64,000 nt of DNA, taken from a virus. Of the stretch, positions 1 through 7,739 are shown piece after piece. Made by a program: the position numbers and the translations under genes. The stretch is taken from the IMG/VR virus record IMGVR_UViG_3300019776_000252, positions 10,704 through 74,703 of that record; one strand, 5' to 3'. The notes below the pieces were generated by a model, which was not told the origin of the DNA, made no database searches, and was given only the letters and a program-made list of their open reading frames with translations. Positions within the stretch are counted from its first letter, which is position 1. Each line of letters opens with the position of its first letter.

Positions 1-380
1 ACCAATGCCTTACGAGTAGTACAGGCATAAGCAGCACCATGAAGCTTCCCACGAAGTTCTCTATGCTTTTTATGTTGTTCTTCTTGTTTGGAAACCAAAT
101 CCAAAACTATTGCTCGTGCTTTAGGTGTAAGACTGAGCTTTTCATAAGGAATCATTGGAACGTTTATAGAACTTACTCCATTGATCTCAAATGATGTGTA
201 GCCCCTATTAATGTACCGAGAAGTCTTAGGATTCTTATAGACCTCTTTAACAGTCTCTGGAAGACTATTAACAATGTCTTCATGAATAAGTGTAGTGATC
301 TTAGTATGGTAATCAACACTGGGTACATCTGCCATAGCAGCATTTACAAAAGCATCACGAATAAAGTTAGTCAAACGCAT
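1..380 (-). CDS. Phage protein, possibly Nmad5-like (nucleotide-modification-associated); 3' end runs off the window
   Basis: Hand-translated, not in ORF track: MRLTNFIRDAFVNAAMADVPSVDY..., open to the window edge, AAGGA RBS upstream. Family call from recollection of the N-terminus only. Confidence 0.5.
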   Translation of the reverse strand, partial: MRLTNFIRDAFVNAAMADVPSVDYHTKITTLIHEDIVNSLPETVKEVYKNPKTSRYINRGYTSFEINGVSSINVPMIPYEKLSLTPKARAIVLDLVSKQEEQHKKHRELRGKLHGAAYACTTRKAL

Positions 381-390
381 ATATTTCCTT

Positions 391-1404
391 TTAAATCAAT
401 TCCATTGCAGCTTTACTGATCCACTCTTGCATACTCGGATGAGCAGCTAGTGGTTTATTCCTACGAACAATAGCTCGGTTAGTTACTACCTGAAACTCTA
501 CTGGCATACGGTTAATGAACACCATAAGAGCTTTCAGGTTCTCTTTAGTTGCATGTTCTGCAATAGAACCTGTAATAGCCCACAGAATGCTAGGTTCAGT
601 AGGCATTACTGCTTTCTCAGGATTGTTTTCAATCTGAGGAACAGTAATAAGGTTCTTGTAGATCTTTGTATAAGTCAAGAACTCCCTTGCTACACCTTCT
701 CCTAGCGTTCCAGCCAACAGAGGAAGAGTATCAGGATCGTCAAGCTCAGAATGCTCAAGAATATCATTGGCAAATTCCCATGTACGCAGACAAGCATAGG
801 TCTTATCTGTGTGATCTGGCTTAAAGGTATATAGATTGCCTGGTTTAAAGTTCAAATGGCTAGTAATCATATGATTAATGCCATTCTCATTAGCCCAGTC
901 CATCCATTCCTTCAGATCAGGCATTGTTTCAATATGAATAAGCCGTGATTGAAGTGCTGTACTCATTTCATTGGTGATAGCACCATCTGAATCCTTATTA
1001 CCAGCACAAACAATAGCTACATTCTTATGAAGATGGTTCTGACCTACCATCTTGTCCAAGACTATCTTGTAAGCAGCAGCTTGAACTGCAGTAGAAGCAG
1101 CATTGAACTCATCCAAGAACAATAACCAACCTGAATAGCCTTCAGGAATCTCATCTCCCTCAATAGGAAAGGTATCCATAGGCAAATAACTTGCTCTAGT
1201 ACCTTTAATGTTGGGGAATCCATTCAGATCTGTTGGATCACACTGGCTTAAGCGTAAATCAATAACCTTAAGGTTAAATTGTTTAGCAATAGCGTGAACA
1301 GCCTGAGATTTACCACAGCCAGGACTACCAATAAGCATAGGCACTTTACGTGCCTTAATACATTTGATGATCATGGATGTAGCTTGTTTAAGCTTAACTT
1401 GCAT
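391..1404 (-). CDS. MoxR-like AAA+ ATPase (N4 gp24-like)
   Basis: Walker A GSPGCGKS, Walker B LFLDE, arginine finger ALQSRL; position downstream of RNAP II. Confidence 0.85.
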   Translation of the reverse strand: MQVKLKQATSMIIKCIKARKVPMLIGSPGCGKSQAVHAIAKQFNLKVIDLRLSQCDPTDLNGFPNIKGTRASYLPMDTFPIEGDEIPEGYSGWLLFLDEFNAASTAVQAAAYKIVLDKMVGQNHLHKNVAIVCAGNKDSDGAITNEMSTALQSRLIHIETMPDLKEWMDWANENGINHMITSHLNFKPGNLYTFKPDHTDKTYACLRTWEFANDILEHSELDDPDTLPLLAGTLGEGVAREFLTYTKIYKNLITVPQIENNPEKAVMPTEPSILWAITGSIAEHATKENLKALMVFINRMPVEFQVVTNRAIVRRNKPLAAHPSMQEWISKAAMELI

Positions 1405-1612
1405 ACTTTTCCTCGTTGATGATCAACGGATCATCTATGTGTTGGTGATACCAGATAGCAGATTCAAGAGTCCTAAAGTGGACTGTATGACTGTCTTTAT
1501 AGCTTGCAATCCAAGGCTGGACTACACATTTATCTGGACGATAGGTAACTCTTCGTTCTCCACTCTCGCTCTTGAATGTTCTAGCGAGGTAGTATTCCTT
1601 GATTTTGCTCAT
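1394..1612 (-). CDS. Hypothetical protein
   Basis: 72-aa ORF tightly packed in the minus-strand operon. Confidence 0.55.
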   Translation of the reverse strand: MSKIKEYYLARTFKSESGERRVTYRPDKCVVQPWIASYKDSHTVHFRTLESAIWYHQHIDDPLIINEEKYAS

Positions 1613-1787
1613 GGTTTACCTTAAGCAATGTATTGTGATAGGTCATTAGTAATACAAACATCATGTTCTTACTTGCTACTGGCAAGGTTGAATCAGCATA
1701 TTCAATTACCTCATTCAAACTGTTCATTGTGGGGAACAAGTTCATAGGAACCGCACGGATGTGCGGCTTTAGGCTTGTGACTGTCAT
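1581..1787 (-). CDS. Hypothetical protein
   Basis: 68-aa ORF, ATGA overlap with the upstream gene. Confidence 0.6.
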   Translation of the reverse strand: MTVTSLKPHIRAVPMNLFPTMNSLNEVIEYADSTLPVASKNMMFVLLMTYHNTLLKVNHEQNQGILPR

Positions 1788-1987
1788 TGACTATCTCGCG
1801 CTTTCATCATTGCATCAGCCATTCCATAAGCTGTGTTACAGACTCTTTTTTCGTCTTTATATTCATAGGGATTAGCCAGCAATCCTTGCATTGCTTTAGC
1901 AGCAAAGTAATCTCGTAGATCCATACCAGCCCAATCTCCTTCAGTCATTGGAAATGCTGGTATGTATGGTCGTTGTACTGTTGTCAT
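1784..1987 (-). CDS. Small phage protein with GMxLRDYFAAKAMQG motif
   Basis: Common phage motif PAFP...GMDLRDYFAAKAMQG...AYxxADAM. Confidence 0.75.
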   Translation of the reverse strand: MTTVQRPYIPAFPMTEGDWAGMDLRDYFAAKAMQGLLANPYEYKDEKRVCNTAYGMADAMMKARDSQ

Positions 1988-2045
1988 ATTTAGTTCCTGT
2001 CTATCTATAGGCTGTCTATCGTATAAAAATCACTTTTTGTGAAAG

Positions 2046-2696
2046 TTAGTATCCCGCTTTTAATAGAAGTAGCTTGTCGGTAAAGTACTCAAGATATTTA
2101 CGTACTGCTTCTTTTACTAGCTGGTCTGGTTCTGCTCTAATTACTTTATTAGCAGCAATTCGTTTTGCATTGATGTAAGCATCAATGGCTTCAGGTACTG
2201 TGTTGTATGAACCAACCCAAGTTCTTTTGGCATTACCATAGCTGATGCCTACTTCATACTTGCCTTTACGGGCATAGATACCTACAGGAAGATTGCCTCT
2301 GTCATTAGCACGCTCATTGAAGAGAGAGTTCACTTGTCTAGATACAAAAAGACATGTATTTGGTGAATAGACTTTCTTATCTAATGAGAGTAAATCTTTA
2401 TCCAGTTGCTTATCCTTCCAATCTTTAGATAGCATCCATTGTTTGAATGCCATAAAGGAATGCCATTCGGGATCAACAGTGCAACCAACATATGTTGGAT
2501 TTTTCTTTAACCATTGGGGAGAATAGCAACGAGTGAACATATGCTTCCAACGCATAAAGTATGGGCAGTAATAAATCTTATTATTAACTCGTAGTGTGGT
2601 TTGATAAGGTGCATCGTTTATTCCAACTCGCCATACCAAACTACGTTTCATTCCACGCTTATCTGTCTTACTATCTAATGATATTTCTTTGAACAT
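2046..2696 (-). CDS. HNH-type homing endonuclease with AP2-like C-terminus
   Basis: WxxMxxRCY...V.PEW.SF..F..W...LDKD...YSP.TC..V...N pattern; start moved from the track's TTG to ATG 2696 after AAGG. Confidence 0.75.
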   Translation of the reverse strand: MFKEISLDSKTDKRGMKRSLVWRVGINDAPYQTTLRVNNKIYYCPYFMRWKHMFTRCYSPQWLKKNPTYVGCTVDPEWHSFMAFKQWMLSKDWKDKQLDKDLLSLDKKVYSPNTCLFVSRQVNSLFNERANDRGNLPVGIYARKGKYEVGISYGNAKRTWVGSYNTVPEAIDAYINAKRIAANKVIRAEPDQLVKEAVRKYLEYFTDKLLLLKAGY

Positions 2697-2771
2697 ATAC
2701 GCCTTATTAAGTGAGATATTCAAACTATATCAAATATCGGTGTTATCGGTTGAGAACTTTTTAGAAGTTCT

Positions 2772-2810
2772 AAAAAAATAAGGATCTATCCTTTCGGATA
2801 GACCCTTTTT
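2772..2810. terminator. Intrinsic terminator downstream of RNAP2, probably bidirectional
   Basis: Stem TCTATCC/GGATAGA, GAAA loop on minus strand, A-run on left and T-run on right. Confidence 0.7.
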
Positions 2811-2839
2811 CCAACTCACCAAGGCGCAGAATGCGCCTA

Positions 2840-4078
2840 TTAGGACAATGCGTAATTAGACTTCCTAATAAGTTCTCCTAGATTACTAGACAACTTCTTA
2901 TACTTCAAAGGAGTTCTATACAACTGACCTAACAAGTCATCAACCAAGTCACTTTCAGCTATCTCAGCCAATACATTAATGTATGTCTGACGTAGTACAT
3001 TCATATTGTTAGCGTGACACTTGAACTCATCATGAACAGTTACAACCTCGAATGGCTTATAACTAAGCATGTATTCAACCATCTCTGCTAACTTCTTGAG
3101 ATGTACTACATTGATATATCCCATGCTTTCTACTTCCAAATGAGGAAGTATTACAGCATCGGCTATACCGCTACGTTCATACTGCTTTACATAGTATTGA
3201 ACCTCTTGGCTTACACCCAGAGTAGCTGTTTCCTCACCCATAGAACGCTTAATCAGTTCAATCTCAATCAGATTAGCTGCTCTTTGAACCATCTCACGGT
3301 CATAGTTACATCTCCGATGAATAGTTCTCAGAACATATGCATCTACTGAGTGAACCACATTAGCCACATTAGAGAGACCCTTAGCTGTACCTTCATTCTC
3401 ATAGAACTCATAGGTAAAGCTAGAGTGTCCAAGCTCATCAACCTCAATACGAGCTTCCTTCTTGGTCATAACCTTAACCCTAGCGTCAAATCCATCTGGA
3501 AGCTTCCATTCATGTACCAATGCAAAGGCATTCCAGCTATTCAACAAGTCCTGTAGCAGTTCCCAAGCACCTGGAGCAACCCTAATTGCAGCCTCATAGA
3601 AGGCATTCAACTCAGGCGTATCCTCACCAAATATCTCCTTTGGCTTGGCTTTAGAACCATAGAAACTAGTCATCAGAGCCTCCTTAGCCTGCTGCCTAGA
3701 CACTCCAACAGTACTTCCAAGGATGTTTTGCATCTCGTTAGTAACTGCTGAATAGGCATCTGCACGCTTATTAGGATCTACTAGACCAGTAGCAGTAGCT
3801 CCAGCTACACAGCCTGTAAGAACAGACATAAGCTGGATACCACTACAGCAAGCATCAAAGCCTACCAAGTGACCTGTAGGCTTACCTTGTTGAGCTTTCC
3901 TCAGAGCCATTACAGCCTTCTGATACAGAGGCTTGTTATCTGCATCAACTTCAAGGCTCTCAAGCTTATCCATATTGGTTTTAACCCACTGGATACGATC
4001 CTCAAATAGCAGCTTATCTAGGCCAAATTGATTGGCAATATCAATCAATAAATACTCGTAACCAGTAAATGTTTTCAT
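2840..4078 (-). CDS. RNA polymerase II subunit 2 (N4 gp16-like, RNAP2)
   Basis: T7-type motifs A (GFDACCSGIQ), B (RQQAKEALMTSFYG), C (VHDEF), plus VVHSVDA. Confidence 0.95.
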   Translation of the reverse strand: MKTFTGYEYLLIDIANQFGLDKLLFEDRIQWVKTNMDKLESLEVDADNKPLYQKAVMALRKAQQGKPTGHLVGFDACCSGIQLMSVLTGCVAGATATGLVDPNKRADAYSAVTNEMQNILGSTVGVSRQQAKEALMTSFYGSKAKPKEIFGEDTPELNAFYEAAIRVAPGAWELLQDLLNSWNAFALVHEWKLPDGFDARVKVMTKKEARIEVDELGHSSFTYEFYENEGTAKGLSNVANVVHSVDAYVLRTIHRRCNYDREMVQRAANLIEIELIKRSMGEETATLGVSQEVQYYVKQYERSGIADAVILPHLEVESMGYINVVHLKKLAEMVEYMLSYKPFEVVTVHDEFKCHANNMNVLRQTYINVLAEIAESDLVDDLLGQLYRTPLKYKKLSSNLGELIRKSNYALS

Positions 4079-4086
4079 AAAACCTC

Positions 4087-4320
4087 CTATTTATGTAATA
4101 ACAGCTTAATATTTAACTCTTTAGGTATTTTTATATACATTGGTTTCCACCAACGCATTCCACCATCAACATCCAGATCTACTATCCACCACTTAGTTAC
4201 ATTGTGATGAAACTCAGCAGCAGGGTTATATAACCAAGTACCTTCAGGATATGAATTAGAAGCTGGAACTTGGTCATACTTATTAACCTCACCATCTGGT
4301 TTAAATACTATGTATTTCAT
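4087..4320 (-). CDS. Hypothetical protein between the RNAP II subunits
   Basis: 77-aa ORF with AAGGA RBS, coupled to neighbours. Confidence 0.6.
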   Translation of the reverse strand: MKYIVFKPDGEVNKYDQVPASNSYPEGTWLYNPAAEFHHNVTKWWIVDLDVDGGMRWWKPMYIKIPKELNIKLLLHK

Positions 4321-4475
4321 GATTTATCCTTGAGTTGATTAACTCCCATTGCCTTTAAATACTCTTCCCTAGTTTTTAACTCTGGATATCCACATTTAGG
4401 GCAAGCAGGAACATATCTACCGTAGAACTCATAAGACCAGAAGCATTTACCGCAGACATTACTATTGAAGCTCAT
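4317..4475 (-). CDS. 52-aa zinc-ribbon protein (not in ORF track)
   Basis: MSFNSNVCGKCFWSYEFYGRYVPACPKCGYPELK...; CxxC and CPxCG; ATGA overlaps at both ends. Confidence 0.7.
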   Translation of the reverse strand: MSFNSNVCGKCFWSYEFYGRYVPACPKCGYPELKTREEYLKAMGVNQLKDKS

Positions 4476-5371
4476 GGCATACCCTCAATTAATTCCTCAT
4501 TGGCTAATTCCACCATTGCTTTCTTAAATGGAGCACCTTGAGTATTAACGTGATAACCCTGAGAGTAAATTCTTCCTCTCTTATCTACCTTATGGGTCAG
4601 ATAGAACCTATTATTCTGTTGAGCTAACAAGGTATAAACCTTATAAGACTGCTTCTTAAAAGCATTCCATTGCTCAACTTTCTCTTGAGTATCTAACTCA
4701 AATGTAGGTTCTTCTTCGTAAGTACTCAGATAAGCTGTATCCAGCTTAAGAGCTACTTTATTCATAGTATTAAGAACATCAAGACACAGATCACCACCAT
4801 GATGATTACCTGTACCAAGCATCACACTGTCATTAAAGGACAGATATCCGCTTGAATAGTTATTCTCTAGATCCAATGGTTCACACACCATAGGAGGTAA
4901 ATAACCACTATTCTCAATCCTAAATACTAATGAATCAGGGAATGGCATTCTGCTAATTACCATTAACGATGCCATCTTATTAGCCTTAATAATGTCAAAT
5001 ACATCTGTATTACAGAGTATCGCCATTAACTCAGCCACAGTTTTAATACTATCTGCACGATCTGAGAATCCCAATCTACCAGCCATTTGAGCAGTAACAG
5101 AGGTAAATAACTCTTCCTTGGTGCAATAACTAGCACCAATAAAGATACCTAATACTACCTCTTGAATATCTAGTGTCTTAAGCTGATCTATTCTCTTGGC
5201 TTTACTGTCATAGTAACTACCACTTAGATAATCTTGAACAAGGCTAATACCTTGCTCAATCTTCTCCTGATAGTTATCAATAATGAACTGCTTGATATCT
5301 CTATCAATCAACTTCCTACTAAAGTTCTGTTCATTTGTTTCTTGCCAGATAATGTCTCTCATGGTTTCCAT
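4472..5371 (-). CDS. RNA polymerase II subunit 1 (N4 gp15-like, RNAP1)
   Basis: LPPMVCEP and DKRGRIY (DxRGRxY) motifs; synteny with RNAP2. Confidence 0.93.
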   Translation of the reverse strand: METMRDIIWQETNEQNFSRKLIDRDIKQFIIDNYQEKIEQGISLVQDYLSGSYYDSKAKRIDQLKTLDIQEVVLGIFIGASYCTKEELFTSVTAQMAGRLGFSDRADSIKTVAELMAILCNTDVFDIIKANKMASLMVISRMPFPDSLVFRIENSGYLPPMVCEPLDLENNYSSGYLSFNDSVMLGTGNHHGGDLCLDVLNTMNKVALKLDTAYLSTYEEEPTFELDTQEKVEQWNAFKKQSYKVYTLLAQQNNRFYLTHKVDKRGRIYSQGYHVNTQGAPFKKAMVELANEELIEGMP

Positions 5372-5373
5372 GA

Positions 5374-5739
5374 TTACTCCTTAATAACAACAAATACAGT
5401 CTTACCCTGTTTCTTCATGTAATTAATCATGTGCTCAGTGCCTTTGGATTTACCATCCCAAAAGGCAATAAGTCCATCTGCGAAGTCACCCATTTCTTGG
5501 TTTCTTACATATCCAGCACGTTTACCGTACTTAGCCCAATTAGCAGGGAACTCATGTACCTGAATACCGTGCTTATGAGCAAACATATAGCCAAGTGCAT
5601 CTGCACCTCTAGCCATTCCACTAACAATAGATACTGTCTTATCAGCCAATTCAGTATCATGAATGGCATAGATAGCTCGTACCATCAAGTCATAGTCATC
5701 GAAGTCTCTACTACCAGCAATAATCAATTTGTAGTCCAT
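5374..5739 (-). CDS. SLOG-family (YspA/DUF2493-like) protein
   Basis: IIAGSRDF, IVSGMARGAD, AGYVRN..M, FWDGKSKGT..MI. Confidence 0.85.
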   Translation of the reverse strand: MDYKLIIAGSRDFDDYDLMVRAIYAIHDTELADKTVSIVSGMARGADALGYMFAHKHGIQVHEFPANWAKYGKRAGYVRNQEMGDFADGLIAFWDGKSKGTEHMINYMKKQGKTVFVVIKE

Positions 5740-5770
5740 ATCAATTCCTTTGTCTGTCTATTAGCCACAT

Positions 5771-5790
5771 TACTGTACTTATATACAGTA
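5771..5790. promoter_or_regulatory. LexA operator (SOS box)
   Basis: TACTGTACTTATATACAGTA = CTGT-N8-ACAG, 18/20 match to TACTGTATATATATACAGTA; lies in the leader of the SLOG-RNAP1-RNAP2 operon. Confidence 0.75.
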
Positions 5791-5793
5791 AAC

Positions 5794-5813
5794 CCATAGC
5801 AACCACGAAGTGG
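5794..5813 (-). promoter_or_regulatory. vRNAP hairpin promoter P4 (SLOG-RNAP II operon)
   Basis: Template strand CCATAGCAA-CCAC-GAA-GTGG with C(GAA)G triloop as in N4 early promoters. Confidence 0.85.
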
Positions 5814-5826
5814 CAAGACACGAAAG

Positions 5827-5853
5827 AAAAAACATAACTTCCCCGAAGGGAAG
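5827..5853 (-). terminator. Intrinsic terminator after the 21-aa ORF
   Basis: Minus strand CTTCCC-TTCG-GGGAAG followed by TTATGTTTTTT. Confidence 0.8.
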
Positions 5854-5860
5854 CCATATT

Positions 5861-5926
5861 TCAGTCGAAGTACACATCGAGTTCCATATCGAAGTACTCA
5901 AACTCATCGTCAATAAACAGGAACAT
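5861..5926 (-). CDS. 21-aa acidic/aromatic early micropeptide
   Basis: MFLFIDDEFEYFDMELDVYFD; GGAG RBS; only ORF between promoter P3 and a terminator. Confidence 0.7.
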   Translation of the reverse strand: MFLFIDDEFEYFDMELDVYFD

Positions 5927-5952
5927 AGGAGTCTCCAAGTAAGGCAGGATTG

Positions 5953-5972
5953 CCATTACAACTGCGAAGCAG
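5953..5972 (-). promoter_or_regulatory. vRNAP hairpin promoter P3
   Basis: CCATTACAA-CTGC-GAA-GCAG. Confidence 0.85.
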
Positions 5973-5984
5973 GATGTAGGAGAT

Positions 5985-6021
5985 AAAAAAAGATACTAGT
6001 AAACCCGAAGGTCTACTAGTA
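5985..6021 (-). terminator. Intrinsic terminator after the Drc-like gene
   Basis: Minus strand TACTAGTAGACC-TTCG-GGTTTACTAGTA followed by TCTTTTTTT. Confidence 0.8.
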
Positions 6022-6029
6022 GTGCTGGA

Positions 6030-6302
6030 TTAGTCCAGCTTAAAGCCCACTTGGGACTTCTCATCTGCCAAGCGGAAATCAGCAGTCAATGCTGCCAATA
6101 CCTTTTGGACACGAGTGGGATCAGCTTTGAGCCAATCAATCAATCCCTTCTCTGCGACATTAGTGTCACGCAAGGGAATTGCACCGAATTTCTTCGGCTT
6201 ACCTGTAACGCTGTCAGGCAGATACAAGTTCATGAAAGCAGATGCTTTCCAGTTAGCATTTTGTTGAGCAGATGCTTGATTGTTTTCGATTTGAAAGGCC
6301 AT
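6030..6302 (-). CDS. ssDNA-binding RNAP II cofactor (N4 gp2 / Drc-like)
   Basis: WKASAFMNLYLP...GKPKKFGAIPL motif, 90 aa; start moved to ATG 6302 after GGAG and downstream of P2. Confidence 0.8.
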   Translation of the reverse strand: MAFQIENNQASAQQNANWKASAFMNLYLPDSVTGKPKKFGAIPLRDTNVAEKGLIDWLKADPTRVQKVLAALTADFRLADEKSQVGFKLD

Positions 6303-6349
6303 TTGAGTACTCCAATATAGATGTTGAGATGAACATACGATATGTATGT

Positions 6350-6369
6350 CCATAACAACCGCGAAGCGG
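6350..6369 (-). promoter_or_regulatory. vRNAP hairpin promoter P2
   Basis: CCATAACAA-CCGC-GAA-GCGG. Confidence 0.88.
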
Positions 6370-6576
6370 AATATAGGAGAGCGATAGAGTATCGGGAATA
6401 TATCGGTATTGGAGAGAGATATAGATGGTATATGGTTGGAGTTATAAAGTGAGTGAATACTATATGCTGAGTCGTATAGTCCTACTCTCACCAATAACCT
6501 GAGAGTTAAATCTTTCTACTTAATAAACTGACTATCTCAGTGTGTAGTTGTGTGTAATGGTATTAAGTGTGTAGTT

Positions 6577-6612
6577 AAAAAAAATAGGCTACTACTCCGT
6601 AGAGTAGTAACC
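6577..6612 (-). terminator. Intrinsic terminator after the first early gene
   Basis: Minus strand TACTACTC-TACG-GAGTAGTA followed by a T9 run. Confidence 0.8.
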
Positions 6613-6619
6613 AGTGATG

Positions 6620-6811
6620 TTAGATCTTGATACCAGATGCTTCTTCTAATGCTTTCTTCTTGCTTAGACGCTCTGCTCGTGCTTCCTCTGCGAATGATGC
6701 TGCTGTTTCTTCAGACCATTCTGCAAGGTGATTAAGAGCTTGTGCTGCTTTATTAGTAGCTCCGAAGATAGTAGCTAGTGCATCCCAGAGAGCTTGTAGT
6801 GCTTTACCCAT
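6620..6811 (-). CDS. First early protein, 63 aa, helical, function unknown
   Basis: GAGG RBS; bracketed by P1 and a terminator. Confidence 0.8.
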   Translation of the reverse strand: MGKALQALWDALATIFGATNKAAQALNHLAEWSEETAASFAEEARAERLSKKKALEEASGIKI

Positions 6812-6845
6812 GATAAACCTCGTATATATACAGTTCGACAGTGAA

Positions 6846-6865
6846 CCATAACAACCACGGAGTGG
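6846..6865 (-). promoter_or_regulatory. vRNAP hairpin promoter P1
   Basis: CCATAACAA-CCAC-GGA-GTGG. Confidence 0.85.
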
Positions 6866-7080
6866 GTATGTAGATAAGAATTCTTATAGATTTAGACCCA
6901 GGGGGGGTGATTGATATTTTGGAAGTCCAAACTGTAAGTACTACATCAGTACCCATTTTATTTTTTCTATAAAAACCTGTGCCTATTTTTTAAGCAAAAT
7001 ATTCTCTATATTAATGATCACTTTTATCATCTAATAGATCATGCTACTATATAAGCCCGATAACCTAACTAAGGACTTAT
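6866..7080. other. Divergent non-coding junction, probable terminal-repeat / genome-end region with late promoter
   Basis: AT-rich and ORF-free, G7 run at 6901, TG-C-TACTAT extended -10 near 7042-7050; early and packaging genes diverge here as in a circularised N4 map. Confidence 0.6.
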
Positions 7081-7386
7081 ATGAAGACACTCCACAATAG
7101 CGATGTATCTGGTGCTAGGGTTAATGTCCCTGATATCAAGGTAGTTGGTAATGGGGATACCTTTCAGCTTATCTGTAAAGCATCCTCTGCTAATGAAGGT
7201 TGGATGAAGAGTACTAAGGCTATGAATATCCCTGGCTTTGGTTGCTTGGTTCAGGTTACTACTCAGCAAAGGAATCCAGATGGTAGTTATGCAGTGGCAG
7301 AAGCACTAACTACTGTAGAGGGTGCTCATGCTGTTGAAGATAAGGTTAATGGTGGTCGTAAGATCGTTGCATGGGGATTGACATGA
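7081..7386 (+). CDS. Hypothetical phage protein
   Basis: AAGGA RBS, 101 aa, first gene of the late strand. Confidence 0.7.
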   Translation: MKTLHNSDVSGARVNVPDIKVVGNGDTFQLICKASSANEGWMKSTKAMNIPGFGCLVQVTTQQRNPDGSYAVAEALTTVEGAHAVEDKVNGGRKIVAWGLT

Positions 7387-7739
7387 TCATAGCTATTGAT
7401 TTTGATGGTACGTGTGTTACACATGAGTATCCAAAGGTAGGTGCAGATATTGGTGCTGCAGAAGTAATTAAGAAGATGTGTCTTGCTGGTCATCAGATTA
7501 TTCTTTTTACTATGCGCTCTGGTTTAGAACTGACCGCAGCTATTGAATGGTTTACTCGTAATGGGATTACGTTGTATGGGGTTAATAAAAACCCAGATCA
7601 ACATACTTGGACAACTAGCCCTAAGCCATACGCTCACATTTATATTGATGATGCTGCGTTAGGTGTTCCTTTGGTACATGGTAAGCATGGTCGGGCTTAT
7701 GTGGACTGGGAAGCTGTAGCTAAGTTACTAGCAGTATGA
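7383..7739 (+). CDS. HAD-superfamily hydrolase (minimal type)
   Basis: IAIDFDGT motif I, LFTMR motif II, K...YIDD motifs III/IV. Confidence 0.85.
   Translation: MIIAIDFDGTCVTHEYPKVGADIGAAEVIKKMCLAGHQIILFTMRSGLELTAAIEWFTRNGITLYGVNKNPDQHTWTTSPKPYAHIYIDDAALGVPLVHGKHGRAYVDWEAVAKLLAV

Noticed and set aside
6303-6494. N-terminal extension of the 154-aa track ORF
   Set aside because: Runs through promoter P2; RBS and motif support the start at 6302
6818-6834. Possible second SOS box downstream of P1 (CCTCGTATATATACAGT)
   Set aside because: Only one half-site; the other lacks CTG at the required spacing
6932-6949. CTG...CAG near the terminal region
   Set aside because: Spacer is 12 nt rather than the 10 needed for LexA
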